This document shows, one piece after another, positions 35,858 to 45,143 of a DNA stretch of 64,000 nt. The position numbers and the translations under genes are program-made. The notes under the pieces are model-generated. The model was given only the letters and a program-made list of their open reading frames with translations. It was not told the DNA's origin and made no database searches. The DNA is from Euryarchaeota archaeon UBA487 (GTDB taxonomy: Archaea; Thermoplasmatota; Poseidoniia; Poseidoniales; Thalassarchaeaceae). The stretch covers positions 820-64,819 of the forward strand of contig DAVU01000009.1 of assembly GCA_002505695.1 (NCBI GenBank). Reading direction: 5' to 3'. Position 1 is the first letter of the stretch; each line of letters begins with the position of its first letter.

Positions 35858-35915
35858 TGCAGGACACAACAGGGCAATATGAACAGATCACTGTCCCACT
35901 CGCGGGTGTCCTGCA
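35858..35915. repeat. 10-bp perfect inverted repeat with 38-nt spacer in the divergent intergenic region upstream of dnaG
   Basis: TGCAGGACAC (35858..35867) and GTGTCCTGCA (35906..35915). Confidence 0.5.
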
Positions 35916-35992
35916 CCCATCCTTGCCAATTATGGCGGCGAAAGGCCGCGAACTCCCGTCTGAGGGAATGGTGATAGTTCGGAGGAAATAAC

Positions 35993-37162
35993 ATGTCAAA
36001 GAAAGAAGGAAAATATGTCATACACGCGACCATAAGAACAGATGGTACCGTCCAAAGGAAGGACGTTGTCGGGGCCATTTTTGGCCAAACTGAGGGGCTT
36101 CTAGGTGAAGAGTTACAACTACGAGACTTGCAGAGGAGCGGTCGAATAGGCCATGTCGATGTTTCACTGAACCAGAGAAAGGGCAGTGTAAATGGGGAGA
36201 TAACCCTCACCACCTCAATGGATCAGGTCTCCACCTCGGTAATCGGAGCATCGCTCGAAACCATTGACAGAATTGGCCCTTGCAAGGCGTCCATAAGAGT
36301 ACAAAGGATTGAGAATGTTGTATCTGCGAAGAGAGATGTTGTGATTGATAGGGCCAAGCGCCTATTGATGGATCTAATTGGCTCAGGGGCTGATGAATCC
36401 AAAAATATCCTGGATGAGGTAAGGTCTGTTCTGACTGTTGACACTGAAGTAAACCTGAGCGGAATGACTGCTGGGCCTAACGTGAAGAAAAGCGATGGAA
36501 TAATCATAGTAGAGGGTCGAAATGATGTCAGGAACCTATTGAAGTACGGAATTAAAAATGCGATTGCAATGATGGGCTCTGGCGTCCCAGATGAGTTAAT
36601 CGAATTGGCATCCACCAAGAAAAACGTCACGGCGTTCCTCGACGGGGACCGTGGAGGTAGCCTCTTGTTGATGGAGCTCTCGGGATCGCTAGAAAAATCC
36701 CTGACCCATGTTGCATTTGCACCAAAGAGCCTTGAGGTCGAACATCTGGAAGGTAAAACGATTACCAAGTGCTTAAACCAGAAAGAGGTCGCAGCGAAGG
36801 TAGTCCAGAGAATTAGGAAACAAATGGAGAGCGACGACAATGCAACTCTCGGCCATGAGAAAGCCGAAGTCCAAGCACCGGAGGTAATGGCCGGCTGGGG
36901 GCAACACCTAGAGGGCCTCAAAAGGAATCAGGCAGTCATCATCCTTGAAGATGGGTCGGGCAGCGATCCTCTTGGCGCAGCCGCTCTTGGGAAAGCTCTA
37001 GAAGAAATAGAGGGTGCTGTAGGACTTGTTTTCGCCGGGAAGATGAGTGATCGGATTTTTGATCTCGCCAGCAAAGCGGGTATTGACAACGTCCTAGCCA
37101 GTACCGTAGGCGATACTGCAAGGAAGGGGAGCGTCTCAGCGTACGCACCCTCAGACCTGTGA
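35993..37162 (+). CDS. dnaG: archaeal DnaG (TOPRIM primase-like / exosome-associated protein)
   Basis: 389 aa. It carries KYVIHATIRTDGTVQRKDVVGAIFGQTEGLLGEELQLRDLQRSGRIG and the TOPRIM motifs IIIVEGRNDV and FLDGDRGG. A GGAGG SD lies 8 nt upstream. Confidence 0.85.
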   Translation: MSKKEGKYVIHATIRTDGTVQRKDVVGAIFGQTEGLLGEELQLRDLQRSGRIGHVDVSLNQRKGSVNGEITLTTSMDQVSTSVIGASLETIDRIGPCKASIRVQRIENVVSAKRDVVIDRAKRLLMDLIGSGADESKNILDEVRSVLTVDTEVNLSGMTAGPNVKKSDGIIIVEGRNDVRNLLKYGIKNAIAMMGSGVPDELIELASTKKNVTAFLDGDRGGSLLLMELSGSLEKSLTHVAFAPKSLEVEHLEGKTITKCLNQKEVAAKVVQRIRKQMESDDNATLGHEKAEVQAPEVMAGWGQHLEGLKRNQAVIILEDGSGSDPLGAAALGKALEEIEGAVGLVFAGKMSDRIFDLASKAGIDNVLASTVGDTARKGSVSAYAPSDL

Positions 37163-37251
37163 CCGAAGGTCTGCGTAAGGGGCCCCTAATTGCCACATGG
37201 CCGTATGATTAGACAGAAGGCATCAAAGCCTCAACGAATTCAATTGGCTGC

Positions 37252-39507
37252 ATGGTAGAGGCCTCGCGCATAGTCATAGGGGTCTATGCACTGTTGATAC
37301 TGGCTTATGCCACAGCCTTTTTTCGCCAAAGATACATCAAGCGAAAGGCGCTTGAGATAAAATCAGAGCTTGACACAATGTCCTCCGCATATTACACTGT
37401 ACACAGAGAATTGACATCAGTGAATGACGGATTGGAATCCGTCATCAGAGAGAGCGATCCTGTGCATGATAGACTTGCAGCCCACTCTGCCATCGACGCC
37501 GCAGAGAGAATGTTGAGCAGATTGGGTGGGGAAAGTATCAGTAGGGTTTGTGATCTAATCTCGCATCCAGCGAGATTACTTGCAATGGCCTTGGAGAATG
37601 ACGAGGCTGATTCGGACGAATCGCTGATAGCCATGGGGAATCTCACTAGAAGGCTTGGAGCGATGTTTGATTCGACTGGTGTAAGGCCTGATGACCTGAC
37701 TTTAACCTCCTCTCAGTTTGAACGACTGGGCTCATTGTTTGAGGAGCATGATGTGCGAAAACATGCCCGCGATGCTTACGAGGCTTCCCTCAGAGAAGGG
37801 CATAGATTCGATTCCATGTCTGGCCTCCTGAGAATTATCAGAGTCACTGGGACAAGGAACGAGTTGATTGAAGCTCTAGAGGCCCACATCGACTCAGAAC
37901 CCGATGACATGCCAGCGCTGATTGAGCAGCTATCCCTATTGCCTGAGAGTGACTCAAGATCTTCTCGGAATCGAAGGAGATTAGCGTCACTAGATTGGGA
38001 TGGGGAAATGGAGGTGGAGGTTGTGGGGTCGATTCATAATCTCCGGTCCAGAGCCGTGGGCCCTGATGTTCTGGGCATGTCGCCCGCGGTCAGAGTCAAG
38101 CGGGCCCGCAAGAAAATATCAGAAGGGATGTTGGACGAAGGTCTGGAATTGCTAGACGGCATGACTTTGGAAGAGAGGAACGTTGATGAGGTGTTATTCC
38201 TTAGGGCTAAAATTGCGCATTTGAAGGGACATTATGACTTGGCGCTCAGGCTGATTAGAGACATAAAATCTGAATCCGATGATTCGATTCTGTTGGAGGT
38301 TTCGATAATTGTTTCAATGGGCATGGCAGACTCTGCGATGGCTCACCTCAATTCAAAAGTTGATGTTGTTGGGAGTCCAGCCCTCTACGAAGCCGGAATA
38401 AAGTTGTCAATCGCCGTTGATGATCTGAATAACGCCCTAACATTGTTGGACAGGTCAAGAGCATTCACCCCGACAATAGGGCTATTGGAATCTGAAGTAT
38501 TAGTTTTGATGAATCAGTGCAGGCTGGAGAGAGACAATACTGGATCGGTGCCAGAGAGCCTCATCTCGAGGTTAGAGGACTGCAGCCTACAGATGACGAG
38601 TTTCGATAGAGAAGATCATAGAAGCTGGTTGGCTGCCTCCTACTACAACAGGCTTTCTGGTGATCTAGACGAGGCGCGGACGTGCATCGTCAGGGCTAGA
38701 CGGATCGCGGAGATGGATCCTAGTGTCCTAATTGAAGAGGCGCGTATACTTATCGAAACAATGGATTTCGACGAAGCGCGATCCGTGCTCAGGGAATGTG
38801 ATAAAGTTCGAGCTGATGAAGTCGAAGTGGAATTTTTGAGTGCATTGGCCTATGCCAGAGAAGGACGAATGGAGGAGGCGGAGAGGAGATTATTAAGCGT
38901 GGTCAAGATGGATCCAAGTCACGTTTCGGGTCGTCTGAACCTCACTATGTTGTACCTAGTTCAAGATAAGTACGACTTGGCAGCCCAACATTCAACAGAG
39001 GTTGTTAGAACTAGGCCAAACAATCCAATAGCGATAAAACGTAGTGCTGAGGCTATGGTTGGGCTATCATTGTGGGAAGAGGCCATAGATCTACTCGAAG
39101 GCGCTATCTCATCTCAAATTGGAGATGTCGATGCAATGGCATTGCTTGCGTCTTGCCTCATAAAAACTGGAAGAGGTGAGCAAGCCGAGGCTCTTCTCAA
39201 TGAGGCAATCAGACTAGATCCAAGTGATAGCGAATCATGGGCCTGCAGAGCGAGGTTATATCTCGAGTTTAATCGGGTTGGTGAGGCCATGTCTGACTTA
39301 GAGAAGGCTTCAGAATGCAATCCAAGGAGATTTGACGTGCTGATGATCCTTGCCGAACTTGAAGAAAAGGCGGGAGATTACAGGGCGGCCTACAAACGAT
39401 GGCGTCAGGTTCTGGATATCGATCCTAGTGATCAACACGCCAGATCTAGACTGAGATTGATGAAGTCAATGGCAGGGATTCCCGCAGAAAGGGTTCATGT
39501 CAGGTGA
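37252..39507 (+). CDS. membrane-anchored TPR-repeat protein
   Basis: 751 aa. The N-terminal TM is IVIGVYALLILAYATAFF. The C-terminal half holds multiple TPR-like units (AYAREGRMEEAERRLLSVVKMDP, LEFNRVGEAMSDLEKASECNP, KAGDYRAAYKRWRQVLDIDP). Confidence 0.7.
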   Translation: MVEASRIVIGVYALLILAYATAFFRQRYIKRKALEIKSELDTMSSAYYTVHRELTSVNDGLESVIRESDPVHDRLAAHSAIDAAERMLSRLGGESISRVCDLISHPARLLAMALENDEADSDESLIAMGNLTRRLGAMFDSTGVRPDDLTLTSSQFERLGSLFEEHDVRKHARDAYEASLREGHRFDSMSGLLRIIRVTGTRNELIEALEAHIDSEPDDMPALIEQLSLLPESDSRSSRNRRRLASLDWDGEMEVEVVGSIHNLRSRAVGPDVLGMSPAVRVKRARKKISEGMLDEGLELLDGMTLEERNVDEVLFLRAKIAHLKGHYDLALRLIRDIKSESDDSILLEVSIIVSMGMADSAMAHLNSKVDVVGSPALYEAGIKLSIAVDDLNNALTLLDRSRAFTPTIGLLESEVLVLMNQCRLERDNTGSVPESLISRLEDCSLQMTSFDREDHRSWLAASYYNRLSGDLDEARTCIVRARRIAEMDPSVLIEEARILIETMDFDEARSVLRECDKVRADEVEVEFLSALAYAREGRMEEAERRLLSVVKMDPSHVSGRLNLTMLYLVQDKYDLAAQHSTEVVRTRPNNPIAIKRSAEAMVGLSLWEEAIDLLEGAISSQIGDVDAMALLASCLIKTGRGEQAEALLNEAIRLDPSDSESWACRARLYLEFNRVGEAMSDLEKASECNPRRFDVLMILAELEEKAGDYRAAYKRWRQVLDIDPSDQHARSRLRLMKSMAGIPAERVHVR

Positions 39508-39522
39508 TGCTCTCGGCGGCTC

Positions 39523-40077
39523 ATGCCTTCAAGTCATGGTATCGAGCCAGGGGATAAAGCGCCATCATTCAACCTGCCAAATGCGAATAGGGCCCATGGT
39601 GGATCCGTAGTCGGCTCAGATGAAGTGATCGGAGAAGGTGGAGGAGTTGTGATGTTTACTTGCAATCACTGCCCGTACGTTGTGGCATCAGAGGGCAGAA
39701 TTGAAGCAATGGCGAAGATGGCAAGAGAATTTGGATTAGGATTTGTCGGAATCAATTCAAATGACCCCGAACGGTATGTTTCGGATGATTGGGACCATAT
39801 GGTTGAGAGGGCCTCGAAGGGGATGTCATATCCCTACTTACATGATTCGACTCAAGAGGTTGCAAGATCGTATGGTGCAGAGCGAACTCCAGAATTTTTT
39901 CTTGTTTCTGGAGGTCATGACGTATTATATCGGGGTCGTCTTGATGACTCCCCCAGAGATCCATCCAATGCTACAACATGCGAGCTTGAGGATGCACTAA
40001 ATCAATATGTCTCAGGGCAGAGAATCCGCGTCCAGAGAACAGAAAGTATTGGATGCTCAGTAAAGTGGAAAGAATGA
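39523..40077 (+). CDS. thioredoxin-fold redoxin-family protein (CNHC active site)
   Basis: 184 aa. Motifs are VVMFTCNHCPYV, GFVGINSNDP, YPYLHDSTQEVARSYGAERTPEFFL and GCSVKW. Confidence 0.65.
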   Translation: MPSSHGIEPGDKAPSFNLPNANRAHGGSVVGSDEVIGEGGGVVMFTCNHCPYVVASEGRIEAMAKMAREFGLGFVGINSNDPERYVSDDWDHMVERASKGMSYPYLHDSTQEVARSYGAERTPEFFLVSGGHDVLYRGRLDDSPRDPSNATTCELEDALNQYVSGQRIRVQRTESIGCSVKWKE

Positions 40078-40127
40078 ATGAGGCCCCACCATTTTTCTAG
40101 AATTTCTCTAGTGGGAATCAGAGGTTA

Positions 40128-40550
40128 TCAGTACTGCTCAAGTACAAGCTCGGTTCTTGTCGAAATTATGCTTCCCGGGGCACTTAACCAAATTCTGTCC
40201 AAGAGTCCGCGCAAAGCCACAGTGTCATCAACATGTGCCAAGACGATAAGATCTGCATCTCCGCTTATTTCGTAAACTGATTCTATACCGTCCCAAGATG
40301 CATATTCACCTGCCAAAGTGCCAATCTCAATACCAGGCCCAACACTGAGTCGAACTAACGCAGACAGTCCAATTCCAGTCTCTCTTATGGTATACCCTCT
40401 GATAATGCCCTCATCTTCCAGCCTTCTCATTCTGGCCCTGACCGTTCTCTCTGTGACACCGGTTGAGTTGGCGATCTGAACAAATGAGGATCTTCCTTGG
40501 TCTCTAAGTACTGATAGTATCGATCTGTCGAGTGAATCTACTTCAGGCAT
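40128..40550 (-). CDS. Lrp/AsnC family transcriptional regulator
   Basis: 140 aa. The HTH is LDRSILSVLRDQGRSSFVQIANSTGVTERTVRARMRRLEDEGIIRGYT, followed by a C-terminal RAM-like domain. Confidence 0.85.
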   Translation of the reverse strand: MPEVDSLDRSILSVLRDQGRSSFVQIANSTGVTERTVRARMRRLEDEGIIRGYTIRETGIGLSALVRLSVGPGIEIGTLAGEYASWDGIESVYEISGDADLIVLAHVDDTVALRGLLDRIWLSAPGSIISTRTELVLEQY

Positions 40551-40559
40551 GATATTGCC

Positions 40560-40690
40560 GTTAATCAGTCACTTTTTATGCCATTGGTTCATGATTACGG
40601 AAAAAAAAATGAAAAATATTACATTTTTTGGTAATAATTCACATATTTTATTGCTGGTTGGTTTCAAATCAGTGGATGTTTTTTGATTTA
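40560..40690. promoter_or_regulatory. AT-rich divergent promoter/operator region next to lrp
   Basis: This is the most AT-rich tract of the window (GGAAAAAAAAATGAAAAATATTACATTTTTTGGTAATAATTCACATATTTTATTG). It lies directly upstream of the Lrp/AsnC gene start. Confidence 0.4.
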
Positions 40691-40693
40691 GTG

Positions 40694-41128
40694 ATGCGGG
40701 ACGCGCCTCAATCCAGCCAAGTTGAAATTCAAGAGTATCTTGATGATATATCATCATTGAAACTCACAAAGGAAAAGTCTGACTGGTACAACATCGATGT
40801 CGCAGCGATGCTTAACCACGTAAGTCTCCACGGACATGAAATAAATGAGGTCGATGGCTCTTCCCTACTCTTTCTGGAAAAGAGTGCTGTATTATGTTGC
40901 CCCGAAACAGCCGTAATGCACCATTTCCCAAAGAACCTAATCCATTGCTTTGTGGATGACTATCGAAGATTGAGTTCTCAAGATGATGGGGTCCTTTGCA
41001 AAGCTGAGTTGTTCTCAATCTCACCATCCCAAGAACAATTATGTTGGGAAAGATGTTGCCGCTCGGAATTGGAGATTCCCATACTACAATCAGCCGTCTC
41101 CAAATGGCTTGGTTGGTTGAACACATAA
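40694..41128 (+). CDS. hypothetical Cys-rich protein (doubtful)
   Basis: ORF 40628 trimmed to ATG 40694, giving 144 aa. No motif recognised. It fills a gap of about 620 nt between lrp and eno that would otherwise be non-coding. Confidence 0.2.
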   Translation: MRDAPQSSQVEIQEYLDDISSLKLTKEKSDWYNIDVAAMLNHVSLHGHEINEVDGSSLLFLEKSAVLCCPETAVMHHFPKNLIHCFVDDYRRLSSQDDGVLCKAELFSISPSQEQLCWERCCRSELEIPILQSAVSKWLGWLNT

Positions 41129-41169
41129 TTCTCGGGAAACTTGACAGGGCGTGCCCCCCGGACAGTACC

Positions 41170-42423
41170 ATGCTAGGGCAGATCACCGACATCCTCGCTC
41201 GAATGATTCTAGATTCGAGAGGGCGGCCGACGATTGAAGTTGACTGTTTTGTAGATGGAAGGTTCTCTGCTAGGGCGGCAGTTCCCTCTGGGGCTAGCAC
41301 TGGTTCTCACGAGGCTGTGGAACTGAGAGACGGTGGTCCTATGTGGCTGGGGTCAGGTGTCCAAAGGTCTGTAGATAACGTGAATACAATATTAAAAAAT
41401 GAGTTAATTGGGATGAGTGTCCATGACCAGACTCTGATTGACGAGCGTCTGATTACGGCAGACGGAACTCCCAACAAAAGCCTACTAGGGGCGAATTCTA
41501 TTTTGGGTTGCTCCCTGGCAATTCTAAGGGCATCGGCCAAAGAAAATGGGATCCCATTGTGGAAATCCATACCCGGTGAATGGCCAGTCGGTGTAATGCC
41601 GGTCCCTTTGATGAACATTCTAAATGGTGGTGCACATGCTGCGACTAACGTAGACGTACAAGAGTTCATGGTGGTTCCATATGGATTCTCAGACTTCACA
41701 TCAGCCCTTAGGGCTGGGACTGAAACCTATCACGCCCTAAAAAAAACACTCAAGGAGAAGGGGCTGCTATCTGGAATCGGTGATGAAGGGGGTTTCGCCC
41801 CCTCCTTGGGACGGAACGAAGAGGGCTTGGAATTGTTGGTAGAAGCCATCGAGAGGGCTGGATACTCAAGTTCAAGTCAAATCGGGATAGCACTGGATGT
41901 AGCCGCTACTGAATTCTATGATTCTGGCAAATATTCTTTCGATGGAAAGATGATCGATGGGTCAGAACTTTCCTCGTTGTATTCCTCTTGGATTGAAAAA
42001 TACCCTATAGTTTCGATAGAAGACCCCTTCTCAGAGGATGATTGGCGGTCCTGGATATCCTTCACGGAGAAAGGTCATGATGTTCTTGTAATCGGAGATG
42101 ATCTGTATGTGACCAATAAATTGAGGTTGGAGAGGGGTATCATTGACCAAGCCTCCAATTCAATCTTGATCAAGCCCAACCAGATAGGGACTGTATCTGA
42201 GACTCTTGAAGTGATGCAGATTGCTAGAGGCGCCGGGTTTGATTGCATCATGTCACATCGTTCAGGTGAAACTTGTGACAGCTCTATATCCGATCTAGCA
42301 GTAGGAACAGGATGTGGTTGGATAAAGACAGGTGCTCCGGCTAGATCTGACAGAACTTCGAAATACAATCAACTGATCAGAATTGAAGAACAGGGACTAC
42401 AATACCGCAGTCGAGTTGTTTGA
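41170..42423 (+). CDS. eno: enolase
   Basis: ORF 41041 trimmed to ATG 41170 (MLGQITDILARMILDSRGRPTIEVD). Motifs include GASTGSHEA, SHRSGETCDS and KTGAPARSDR. Confidence 0.95.
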   Translation: MLGQITDILARMILDSRGRPTIEVDCFVDGRFSARAAVPSGASTGSHEAVELRDGGPMWLGSGVQRSVDNVNTILKNELIGMSVHDQTLIDERLITADGTPNKSLLGANSILGCSLAILRASAKENGIPLWKSIPGEWPVGVMPVPLMNILNGGAHAATNVDVQEFMVVPYGFSDFTSALRAGTETYHALKKTLKEKGLLSGIGDEGGFAPSLGRNEEGLELLVEAIERAGYSSSSQIGIALDVAATEFYDSGKYSFDGKMIDGSELSSLYSSWIEKYPIVSIEDPFSEDDWRSWISFTEKGHDVLVIGDDLYVTNKLRLERGIIDQASNSILIKPNQIGTVSETLEVMQIARGAGFDCIMSHRSGETCDSSISDLAVGTGCGWIKTGAPARSDRTSKYNQLIRIEEQGLQYRSRVV

Positions 42424-43392
42424 TTAATTTTCTACTATCGATTGTAGAATCAATGGCAAAACTATGGTGGCATCCGACTCTATAACAAATCGAGGGGTCT
42501 CAGTGCTTATTTTTCCCCAGCTGATTTTTTCGCTCGGGGGTGCCCCTGAGTAACCCCCATAGGACGGTTTTGATTCTGATATCTGAGCAAACCAAGACCA
42601 TAATTTCACATTGATTCCGACATCCTGCCTAAGCATCGGAACTACACACATAGGGAAATCCCCGGCGATACCTCCTCCTACCTGTAGAATCCCCGTAGGA
42701 GAGTCGTCTTCTCTGTACCAATCCGCTAATGCTTGCATTGAGTGTAACCCACTCAGCACGATGTCTTGAGATGATATCGATAAATCGATCACGCGTGCGA
42801 CTAGGATGTTTCCCAAAGTGGAGTCCTCCCATCCGGGAGTGAAGATCGGGATGTTAGCGTCCGCTGCAGCCATCAGCCATGAATCATCAGGATCCCCATC
42901 GAACTCTAGATCACCATGCATTAAGAGATCATAGATGTACTCGTGAGGGAATCTCCGGTCTCCTGCGGCCTCGGCATCTTTCCATAAAGCCATGATTTTT
43001 TCCTCTACGTATCTTATCGCCCGATGTTCTGGTATCGCGACATCTGTGACACGATTGAGACCTCTATTGTGAAAATTGAGATCATCAAGGGGCGTCAATT
43101 CCCTCCAATTTGTTATTTTCTCATAATCTGACCTTGCAACTAAATTGAACAGGTCTTCCTCCAGATTAGCCCCCGTACAGCATATCGCATGTATTTTTTG
43201 GGCTTTGATCGCAGGTGAGAGTGTCCTGCCAATCTCTGCCGTCGACATGGCACCAGCGAGGGTTATCATCAATCGGCCATCATTATCGAGGAATTCGCGA
43301 AGTGATTCTATACATCTCGATAGTTCTCCAGCGTTGAAATGATTGTAGTTCCGTTTGATGAAATCTCTCACGGGATCGCCCTCTTCTTTCAA
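42424..43392 (-). CDS. dys: deoxyhypusine synthase
   Basis: 322 aa. Motifs are FNAGELSRC, MITLAGAMSTAEIG, AICCTGANLEEDLF and GGGIAGDF. An apparent TTG start overlaps the speH stop (TTGA). Confidence 0.85.
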   Translation of the reverse strand: MKEEGDPVRDFIKRNYNHFNAGELSRCIESLREFLDNDGRLMITLAGAMSTAEIGRTLSPAIKAQKIHAICCTGANLEEDLFNLVARSDYEKITNWRELTPLDDLNFHNRGLNRVTDVAIPEHRAIRYVEEKIMALWKDAEAAGDRRFPHEYIYDLLMHGDLEFDGDPDDSWLMAAADANIPIFTPGWEDSTLGNILVARVIDLSISSQDIVLSGLHSMQALADWYREDDSPTGILQVGGGIAGDFPMCVVPMLRQDVGINVKLWSWFAQISESKPSYGGYSGAPPSEKISWGKISTETPRFVIESDATIVLPLILQSIVEN

Positions 43393-43790
43393 TCAATCAC
43401 AGCCTCTTCTTCGTTGTTGTGAAGGAACCTATCTACCAACTCCCTCCGCATTTGTTGAAGACCGGGCATATTTATTCTCAGATTTTTTGTTATGAAATCC
43501 GCAATGAGATCAGGATTGCCATCACCACAGGTGAATGCATCAATTGCCAACCATCCCTTTTCGTAATAGCAGTGTGCAGTAATGTGGGATTCATCTAAAA
43601 GTACAACAGCTGCAAACCCAGGGGGTGAATTCTGACCATCAAACTCCTCCACATGTGAGAAAACGGGCCTGATGTTCGCAACGCTGGCAGATTGGATCAT
43701 GATTTCTAATATTTTTTCACCATTGTTTGATCCATCATATTGATACCCAATATAGTCGATGTAAACGTGTTTTCCGTGAGCCTTGACCAC
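43389..43790 (-). CDS. speH: S-adenosylmethionine decarboxylase proenzyme (pyruvoyl, SpeH type)
   Basis: 133 aa. It carries GKHVYIDYIG, LLDESHITAHCYYEKGWLAIDAFTCGD (an ES cleavage-site-like motif). The GTG start is preceded by the SD-like GGTGGTGAT. Confidence 0.75.
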   Translation of the reverse strand: MVKAHGKHVYIDYIGYQYDGSNNGEKILEIMIQSASVANIRPVFSHVEEFDGQNSPPGFAAVVLLDESHITAHCYYEKGWLAIDAFTCGDGNPDLIADFITKNLRINMPGLQQMRRELVDRFLHNNEEEAVID

Positions 43791-43802
43791 CCTATCACCA
43801 CC

Positions 43803-43829
43803 GAAATCGGGGCTGTATCGGGCGATTTC
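43803..43829 (-). promoter_or_regulatory. 7-bp stem / 13-nt loop hairpin in the speH leader
   Basis: GAAATCG (43803..43809) pairs with CGATTTC (43823..43829). The hairpin lies immediately 5' of the SD-like GGTGGTGAT and the GTG start. An AT-rich TATA-like tract (TTAATTAGAATAATT, minus-strand sense) lies further upstream. Confidence 0.35.
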
Positions 43830-43911
43830 TCCTTATGAATTATTCTAATTAATATCAGCCTCTATTTTTTGTGTTGTAAAGGAAAATGCCTTCTGGAATT
43901 TTAGCTTTGTA

Positions 43912-45069
43912 TTACAGAAGCCATGACCTCAATCTGCTTATTCCTTCTTTGATGTCCTCCTCTGAGGCAGCATAGGATACACGAATGAAACCTTCTCCAC
44001 CTGTGATGAGCGATGCTGGAATAAGTTGAACGCCAGCTTTCAAGGCTCCATCTGCAAACTGGACATCGGACATTCCTGTCCCTGTCACATCTATGAACAG
44101 GTAGAAGGCGCCTTCTGGGTTTACTATTCTCAAGCCCGGTATGTCTTCTAAGCCCTCAACCATCAGATTCCTCCTATGCCTGTATGCATCAGAGAATTGT
44201 TCCACATGATCATCGCAATCTAATGCGACCCTGGCTGCCTCCATCATGAATGTGGGTATATGAGAGGCTGAGTTGGCTTGGCATTTTACAGCGGCTCTCA
44301 CGGCTTGTTGGGGTCCTGCAAGAAAACCCACCCTCATACCTGTCATAGCCCATGTTTTTGACCAACCACTTATGACAATAGTGCGCTCTTTTCCACCTCC
44401 CACTGTCGCCGGAGAGACATGCTCGCCTCCATTCCAAATAAGTCTCGAGTATATTTCATCTGAAATTATCCAGAGATCATTTTCAATGGCAATTGATACG
44501 ATTTCTTCAATCTCCTCCCGTGTGTAGACAGCGCCGGTTGGATTGCAAGGCGAATTCACCATTATCATTCGTGTGCGATCGGTTATAGAGGAACGAATGG
44601 CATCAAGGTCTGGATGGAAGTTTTTACGGTCTACGGGAACGTTTACTGGAACTCCTCCTATGATTGAGATCATCGGTTCGTAAGAGGCCCATGATGGTGA
44701 AAGTAAGATTGCCTCATCACCGGGATTTAGCACGGTCATGTATGAGTAGAGTAGGGCTTGTTTGGCGCCTGGTGTTATCAGAACATTCTCCGGACTCACG
44801 CTTATTTTGCTGGTCTTCATTAAATGGTGTGCAACGGCCTCGCAGAGTGCTGGTGATCCTTGGCCTCTGGTGTATTTCGTCTTGCCATCTAACAACTCGG
44901 ACACAGCAGTAGAGATAACAGGTTCCGGAGTTGGGAATCCAGGCTCGCCAACGGTCCATCTTATTACTCCATCTGGGGGGGGTTGGAGGTAAGGTGCAAA
45001 TCCGACGCCGAGGTTATCAAAACGGGTTGCGACCGCAGGCATGTAGGATAGGTTTGGCCTCGTGTCCAT
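43912..45069 (-). CDS. class I/II PLP-dependent aminotransferase (aspartate aminotransferase-like)
   Basis: 385 aa. Motifs are NPGDEAILLSPSW, VNSPCNPTG and the PLP-Lys motif SGWSKTWAMTGMRVGF. Confidence 0.8.
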   Translation of the reverse strand: MDTRPNLSYMPAVATRFDNLGVGFAPYLQPPPDGVIRWTVGEPGFPTPEPVISTAVSELLDGKTKYTRGQGSPALCEAVAHHLMKTSKISVSPENVLITPGAKQALLYSYMTVLNPGDEAILLSPSWASYEPMISIIGGVPVNVPVDRKNFHPDLDAIRSSITDRTRMIMVNSPCNPTGAVYTREEIEEIVSIAIENDLWIISDEIYSRLIWNGGEHVSPATVGGGKERTIVISGWSKTWAMTGMRVGFLAGPQQAVRAAVKCQANSASHIPTFMMEAARVALDCDDHVEQFSDAYRHRRNLMVEGLEDIPGLRIVNPEGAFYLFIDVTGTGMSDVQFADGALKAGVQLIPASLITGGEGFIRVSYAASEEDIKEGISRLRSWLL

Positions 45070-45143
45070 GAAGGTATTCTAAGATGCGGTACAAATCGAG
45101 ACTCGGGAAGCGTTGAAATCGAAATGTTTGGTGGATCCCTCTA

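Noticed and set aside
35836-36213. 125-aa minus-strand ORF across the dnaG start.
   Set aside because: It overlaps the conserved DnaG N-terminus in antisense and has a Cys/Trp/Pro-rich composition with no motif.
36223-36921. 232-aa minus-strand ORF.
   Set aside because: It is entirely antisense to dnaG (TOPRIM motifs are present in the sense frame), so it is a shadow ORF.
37163-37251. AGGGGCCCCT palindrome between dnaG and the TPR gene, considered as a possible terminator.
   Set aside because: It is a 10-bp self-complementary sequence with no loop and no following T-run. It is too weak to call.
40812-41300. 162-aa minus-strand ORF, and the 41041..41169 N-terminal extension of the enolase ORF.
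   Set aside because: The minus ORF overlaps the conserved enolase N-terminus. Enolase alignment logic places the start at MLGQITDILARMILDSRG (41170).
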